Below are positions 56,396-64,000 of a DNA stretch of 64,000 bases, piece after piece. The stretch comes from the human T2T-CHM13v2.0 reference genome, Homo sapiens. The stretch is taken from NCBI RefSeq assembly GCF_009914755.1, contig NC_060926.1; one strand, given 5' to 3'. Numbering within the stretch: the stretch's first letter is position 1; each line of letters opens with the position of its first letter. Both the position numbers and the translations under genes were made by a program. The notes beneath the pieces were generated by a model, which worked only from the letters and a program-made list of their open reading frames with translations, made no database searches and was not told where the DNA came from.

Positions 56396-56741
56396 GGCAT
56401 CCTTTTGAATTGAATTCTCCCTATCCTTTGCAAATCAGCCCTCAGTAGACAGTTTCTAACTCAGGGTTTTGTATATATGAGATGCTAGCAAGTTTTATTA
56501 TATAAAATAACCCAACATTCATTCCAGTTTTATATCTATAGTCTTGACATTGTTTTGTAAAATTTAAGGGAAATAGTTAAGATTTTTTTTAGGATTTCAT
56601 TTGTTAATGGAACCAAACAAGCATCATTAATTGCTCAAAAACATTCATGGGTTTCAGTTGGGTTCTAGTGGTAGGAGATTCTTTTTATTAATATAATTTC
56701 ATAGCTTTTTTTTTCTATGAGAACCAGGAGTAGCTTTTAGC

Positions 56742-57048
<307 letters not shown>

Positions 57049-57634
57049 TAGCTTTTACAATAAAAAATTCGGTGGAAATTTTCATATTTCTCATTACTAT
57101 TGATTACACAGTTTCATATTTTCTTGTTATTGTGTTTTTATTACACATTGAATATCAGATTTAATAAACTTTCAGGAAAGGTGTGCAATTATAATAATAA
57201 TCTTTTACCTTGTAATAGCACTACACAACTTATCAAGCATATCAGTATATTTTGCTTCATTAGGATTTTGGTCATCATAGAAACCCTAAAAACTTGTTGA
57301 CTATTAACGTCTTAACGCAGAAGAAAAGTAAAATATAAACATTATTGTTCCTATGCTAAAGATGAGGAAATTGAGCCTCAAACAGATTCAGTAGTTTATC
57401 CAAATGCATACATTAATATATGGCAGGTTTGGGTCTCAAAGCTAGGTCTCCTAATATCGAATTCACTCTTAGCTCCGGTATACCACCCTGCCTCTTTCCT
57501 AGGCGAGATTTTTAATAAATTTTTGTTGTTATTATTGTTGTTTAATGGCAAATGTTACATGACATTTAGACTGAAAAATATTCCTGTAATTTTGCTTAGT
57601 ATTTATAATATAGTGTATTTTCACCTCTTCATAG

Positions 57635-57748
<114 letters not shown>

Positions 57749-58727
57749 TAAGTCAACTGTTTCCATTGCTCAGTGTACCGTAAACAGAAAGTAATGATAT
57801 CTTAATCTGATTTTTCTCTTACCCAGGAAACATTCTTCCTAATACTATGTCATGAACAGTCATTTTACAAATACAGCTATGATTATAATTTAACCTTTTA
57901 AAACAAGATAAGACAGGTCGTTTATTGTGTATGAGAAAAATCTTGATACCATGACTAAATTGTGATCATGGTTACATTCATGAAATGATTATTTTTTAAA
58001 AGTGTTAAGAAGATTGTTTCCTGTGTAAAATAAAAATCTGTAAGAAATCATTAAGGTGGGAACTTTAATTACCAAAGTTTAAGTTCACTTTCACTAAGGC
58101 TTCTTTAACAATTTCTATAATTTCCTATAATGTCATTTATATAGCATCTTAGCACTTTTCACATAGTTTAAATTCAAACTATGATATCTATATGTGTTCA
58201 TTTATTTACCCGAAATTTACATTTTTTATCATATTTCATGTGTCTAATTATTTAATACAATTTTATTCTCTTTTTTGTTTAATCTGGTGAGCAGGAATTA
58301 CTAAATTCACCTGGCAGGTCTAATCCTGTGGCTATAATCAGAAGATCACTGAAAATTTTCTGGAAACCAAACTATTCTTTTGTGTTATAGTCACTGTTTC
58401 CCCTTATAATTGCTTAAAAAACAAACACACACACACTTTTTTTCAAGGGGTTATATTTTCTGAGTGCCTTTTAGTTTTTAAATGGATAACTTGAAGATAT
58501 TATAAAATCAGTGACTTAAAGTAAAAACAAACAAACCAAAAAACCTATACACCAGTACTAAGTTACCTTAGTTCAGAAAACTAGCTCCCTAGCTCCCAGG
58601 AGGTAGCCAGACAGGCCAGGAAGCACACACAGGTGGGTCTGAGGCATTCAGTCCTGGAATGGTCTGCTCAGTCTTGCAAGGTAATCATTAGATATGCAGA
58701 GTCCTTTCAGGCTGTATATTAGTTACA

Positions 58728-59024
<297 letters not shown>

Positions 59025-59531
59025 TAAGTTATATTTTTACATTGTTTTGGAAACACATTAGAAAAAAATATTTGCTGCATATGTGACAAAGGGTTAATAC
59101 GTGATACTGTTTCTGTTTATGGATTTCAAAATCCATCTATCTAGGTGAACTATGTAGATTTACCAATACTTGACCATTTTGACCATGAAAAGTATCAGTA
59201 ATATGGCTTAACCTAACATAAATATAAGAGATATATGAAAGGGCATATAAAAAATATTAACAGTGGCTTTCCACTAGATGCTGGAATATAGATGCTTTTT
59301 ATTTTTTTCTTATATTTTCTCATTTTTCTGCAGTGACTTGTTTCGGACTCAACATTGTAAAGGTAGATGATGCCTAAATAAAATTAGTACCACTACTATC
59401 TATTTTGGATCATAATACATTTTATTTTAGAAAATAATTTTGTATTATACCATAATTGATTAATATCTGCCTTTTAATGGAGATATATTATTAATTATTT
59501 TCCATCTCTCCTTGGAAGTAAGAGCATATAA

Positions 59532-59744
<213 letters not shown>

Positions 59745-60743
59745 TAGTCTTAGCCAGAAGGCCAAAAAGCAATGCTAATTGTTTTCATATTAAAACATTT
59801 ATTCAGCAAAGACTGCATTCCAGATGGGAAAACAGACGTTATTTATAGTCAAACAAACATGGGTCCAACTTACATCATCTTTCCAAGCTCTGGTTTCTTT
59901 GTCTAAAAATATGGTAACATACTCCCTACTTCTTTTGGCTTAAAAATTAAATGAAGGAAGTTTGTAGGGTACTTAGCCCAATGCCAGGTATATAGAAGAT
60001 TCAAAATAAATAGTTGTGGCATTAAGTTATTGCTGCCTGGTACTTTATACACATTATCTTATTCACTTGAGGTTATTTGCTTTATGGACTCATTAGAGGA
60101 AAGACTGGGATTTTATAATTAAAACATACTTGCTCCTTTACGACTTTTAACAAACTGTGTAGTTTTAACATCTCTAAGTAAAAGCAATAAATAAATGGAT
60201 TACATTCTAACATGTAATTCTAATTGAAAGTGATTTTCCTACAACTTTAGCTGTCTTAATGTTATCAGATAAAAGAAATTACTTCTTCGGAATCTGAAGC
60301 TTTTTTTACAAAATAGATGTCTTTCTTAATTAAGCCTATACTTAAGTGAAAGCAGCTAACCATTAAGTGCAGATCAGGGAGCTCAGTCTTTAGTGAAAAT
60401 AGAGAGTTCTTATGACACTAACTTTCTTAATTCATATATTCACTAATGTGGCTTTATGATAATTTGATAGAGTTCTACTACTGACTGTCACATTTCCTAA
60501 GAATGCCACTCAATTTGATTGTTTTTGAGATTCACTCTTTCTGCTGGTTTAAGTAATGAAAAAACGTGTGGCTGCCTTGATGGTGCTGGACATGTAAGCA
60601 CTTCATTGTTTGATCTAGAGAGAAGGGAATTCTGGTAGCCTGGGCACTTGCAAATGGAGCTCACCTGTGGCCAACACTTTACTCTCTTCTGGAAGTGATG
60701 AGAACTTCTAAGGAGCAAAACAATTCTGTTTTCCTTGTTTTAG

Positions 60744-60929
<186 letters not shown>

Positions 60930-61090
60930 AAGCTGGGGAGCCTGAACATTCACTCCTTGTCCTCCATGCTGTGGCTGTATCAGCTCCCTACAAGTTCGTT
61001 TACACCTGGCAGCACGGCAGCCACACACCGGTATTCCAAACCTTAACAATGAAGGGGGTTAGTCTCTTTTATTTGATTCTTAAATATTCA

Positions 61091-61096
61091 AATAAA
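61091..61096 (+). terminator. Possible proximal polyadenylation signal AATAAA
   Basis: AATAAA about 160 nt after the stop codon; usage not shown. Confidence 0.35.
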
Positions 61097-61809
61097 TATT
61101 AACAGTAAAACATAAACACAAAATTTGCCAACACACTAATTTTCTTATAGAGTAAATGAGTAAGAATTCATCATTTTTTCCATCTCCCTTCTCCCTTGTC
61201 ATCAGACACATTGTGCAATGTGGCTTTTCTTTTCTTTTCTTTTTTTCCCCTTTTTAATATTCTGGCAATCTTTAGAAAGGGAGATTCCAAACTCCCATTT
61301 GGTAAACCAGTTGATTATTTGGAAATGTTCACTGCCAAAATAGTAAGTGCTATAACTAAATGCGCTTTTAATTAATGATATAGTGTTTGGAAAGGAGTAG
61401 AACATGCAGCATAAGAAACTGCTGCAGAGTGGTGCGAGGAGTACATTTTCAGAGCAGGTGCAGTACATCTTCCGGCTCTATGAATCATTATGTGAGAAAG
61501 CAGGATAACATTAGGTAACCTGAGCCTCCTGTGTGGTATTAGAAAGTATACCGTCACCTTTTCACATCACTGGAGTGTAAAATTTAAAACAAGATGGTGA
61601 TTCCTGACATTCCTTGGCTGTCAGTGCTGCCCAGATTCAGAAGAATATTGCCCACATTTCACTGTATTTGGTGCTGGGTCATTTTGACCTTGCTTTGTTA
61701 ATAATATCTTTAAAAACAAAGACAATCCTTAAAGCTTTGCTCCTCACACATTACCTTCTAATTATAGTTTGAAAATAGATTCCCTACACATACATACATA
61801 TGTATGCAC

Positions 61810-61924
61810 AGATAGGGTCTTGCTATGTTGCCCAGGCTGGTCTTGAACTCCTGGCCTCAAGCAATCCTCTCTCCTCAGCCTCCCAAAGTGCTGGGATTAC
61901 AAGTGTGAGCCACCACACCTGGCT
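61810..61924 (-). mobile_element. Alu left monomer or FLAM-like element in 3'UTR
   Basis: gggtcttgctatgttgcccaggctgg...gagccaccacacctggc. Confidence 0.88.
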
Positions 61925-61931
61925 CCAGAAA

Positions 61932-62228
61932 TTTTATTTTATTTTTTTGAGGCAGGGTCTCACTCTGGTTGCCCAGGCTGGAGTGCAGTGGTGCCATCAT
62001 AGCTCACTGTAGCCTCGACCTTCCGGGATCAAGCAATCCCACTTCAGCCTCTTGAATAGCTGGGACTAGAAGCATGCACCACCATGCCCATCTAATATTT
62101 GTATTTTTAGTAGAGACAGGATCTCCCTATGTTGTCCAGCCTAGTCTCAAACTCCTGGGTTCAAGCAATCCTCCCACCTCGGCCTCCCAAAGTGCTGGGA
62201 TTGCAGGCATGAGCCACCGTGCCCAGCC
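61932..62228 (-). mobile_element. Alu (AluJ-like) in 3'UTR
   Basis: Reverse-complement Alu. Confidence 0.92.
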
Positions 62229-63296
62229 TCAAAAATATTTTTTAAAAGAAAAGAGAAAATAATTCTTCTGTCAAAGGAGGTTAAATTTTAGTTGATAGAG
62301 TACTTAAATGCATTACTTTATTAGGTTATGTAAGTGGTCAGTGCATTCCAGTATGTGTCACAACAGTGTAGTTCATATTCATGATAAAAATGAAACTGTG
62401 ATAAGACATGAAAATTATATTATTAAAATGTTCAATTGTAATGGTAATCATGAGTATACTTAATTTTATTTATGTATAGAATATTTGTATTTATTTTTTG
62501 GACATATATTTATCACTTTGTCATTTTTTTTAACCAATTTGAGAAATGTTAGCTGCTGAATTAATTTGTTGCCCGAGCCTTCATATTTTCTTCTTTGCTG
62601 CCTTCTCCCTGTGGCAATGTACTGTTCTCACATTAAGCCTTTTAAAAATGTTCCATACTGTATTAGCATCCTTAGAAGGGACAGAACTAAGAAATACATT
62701 GCTCAAATAATATTTTACTTTATTGATAATGACAAAAAGAATATTTTTTAAACCCCATCAAAATAGATTTCAATTGACTGTTTCCCCTACATCTTTTGAG
62801 CCACAGTCGCCCATCGAATAAGCAAATTTGTTTTTGAGAATAAACTGGTAACCAGTTTGTGATGACTCTCAGAAGCCTTTTGGCTGGGTTACAGAAGAGT
62901 TTCTAAGTTCCTAGAGAGCCATTTAATAATTAGTTGGTGAGCCAGAGGCTTGACAGAGCTGTTACTTATGTGTGAGGGCTTTATTCTCAGGCAGTAGTTT
63001 ATTCATCATTTGGTAAGCCCCTCCCCACACTCCTCTAATTTAAACAAGTAGTGAAGGCTTATCTTAAACTGTGTAGTACCTTAGACTTGGCATTTATTTT
63101 TGATAGAGCAGAGATAAAATATTTTGATGGAAGGAAATCAATTTTCTGTAACTGATGATGTGAAAATTTTATTTTCTGGGAAATTATATAGCCATTCAAA
63201 AATTCAAAGTATGTTATTATGATTGGTTACAAGAGAATAATGTTACATGTTTAATTGTAATATTTGTCTCCTATCATTTTCTTCCCTTTCAGTCAT

Positions 63297-63302
63297 AATA
63301 AA
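63297..63302 (+). terminator. Probable distal polyadenylation signal AATAAA
   Basis: AATAAA followed about 15-20 nt later by CA and then T-rich sequence. Confidence 0.6.
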
Positions 63303-64000
63303 TGATTTACAAAACCCATTTTGAGCATTATCTTTTGAATAATCTTCAAGAAATACCTAATGTTTTCATTGTCAAAGCTGAGGTGTAGTACCAGTGAAAA
63401 TGGTAGTTATTACCTCCTTCTCTTGCATTCATGCTTTGTCTTCAGTGTTGCTTTGTTTTATCCATATAAAAGGGAGCTGTTTTGGAGAATTGTAATTTTA
63501 ATCCATATGTGTGCATATTGACACACAATATGTAAATAGGTAAATAGATAGAAATATTGGTTCTCCCATGATTTCATATTTCATATAGGTGAGTTGAATG
63601 GATTGTGTTCCAAAAATTTGTCTTAAATGTTCTGGATTGTGTGTGTGTGCCCTTAAAATCAAATACTATCACAGCTTAGAAATGACTTTAACTCTCAATT
63701 TACAAGAGAAGTTAGTCACAACTTATAAAGACTCTTTGTTTAAAAATGTGTTTAGTAGTTTGTTGTTTGGATTTTTTTTTCATTAAAAAGAAATACATGT
63801 GCTTACATCTACCTGCCAATTAAAAAAAATACACAGTGATCAAGTTCCTAGAACAATACATTTAACCTTTAATTGTGCGTGAAGCATGATCCTGAAGAAG
63901 TAACCACCATGGATAACCATATTTCTCTAGAAAAAGGCTTTACCTGTTGGTGGGATGCCAAGAACATATTTCCCCCACCCACTCATCCCCCCTGCAGCTG

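Larger units (their letters stand above)
60930..63320 (+). other. PLEKHH2: PLEKHH2 3'UTR (~2.4 kb, AU-rich, two antisense Alu segments)
   Basis: Follows the stop codon; AATAAA at 61091, 62839 and 63297; end position inferred. Confidence 0.7.

Overview
Primate genomic DNA, almost certainly human: AT-rich and Alu-dense. It holds the 3' part of PLEKHH2 on the + strand. I traced 21 GT-AG coding exons (1678..60929) whose phases join into one open frame of about 918 codons: Ser-rich linker, PH1, PH2, MyTH4, FERM and a C-terminal ...GPTLL* tail. A 3'UTR of about 2.4 kb follows (distal AATAAA at 63297). Introns hold about 38 Alus, L1/L2/MIR fragments, ERV1/MaLR LTRs, MER5A/MER30 DNA transposons and microsatellites. 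Nearly all ORFs in the supplied track are Alu-derived or spurious. I see no new multi-gene system. The notable items are fine-scale: (1) two tandem duplications that each copy a PLEKHH2 splice site, giving in-frame alternative sites that carry a premature stop; (2) a MER4-type LTR fragment with the signature of L1-mediated, twin-primed retrotransposition; (3) a ~240 bp direct repeat bracketing one MyTH4 exon; (4) a 92-codon intronic read-through with AATAAA just after the stop; (5) exon junctions that rebuild 5' splice sites; (6) a closely spaced inverted Alu pair. Repeat family names come from recalled consensus sequences, and repeat boundaries are approximate.
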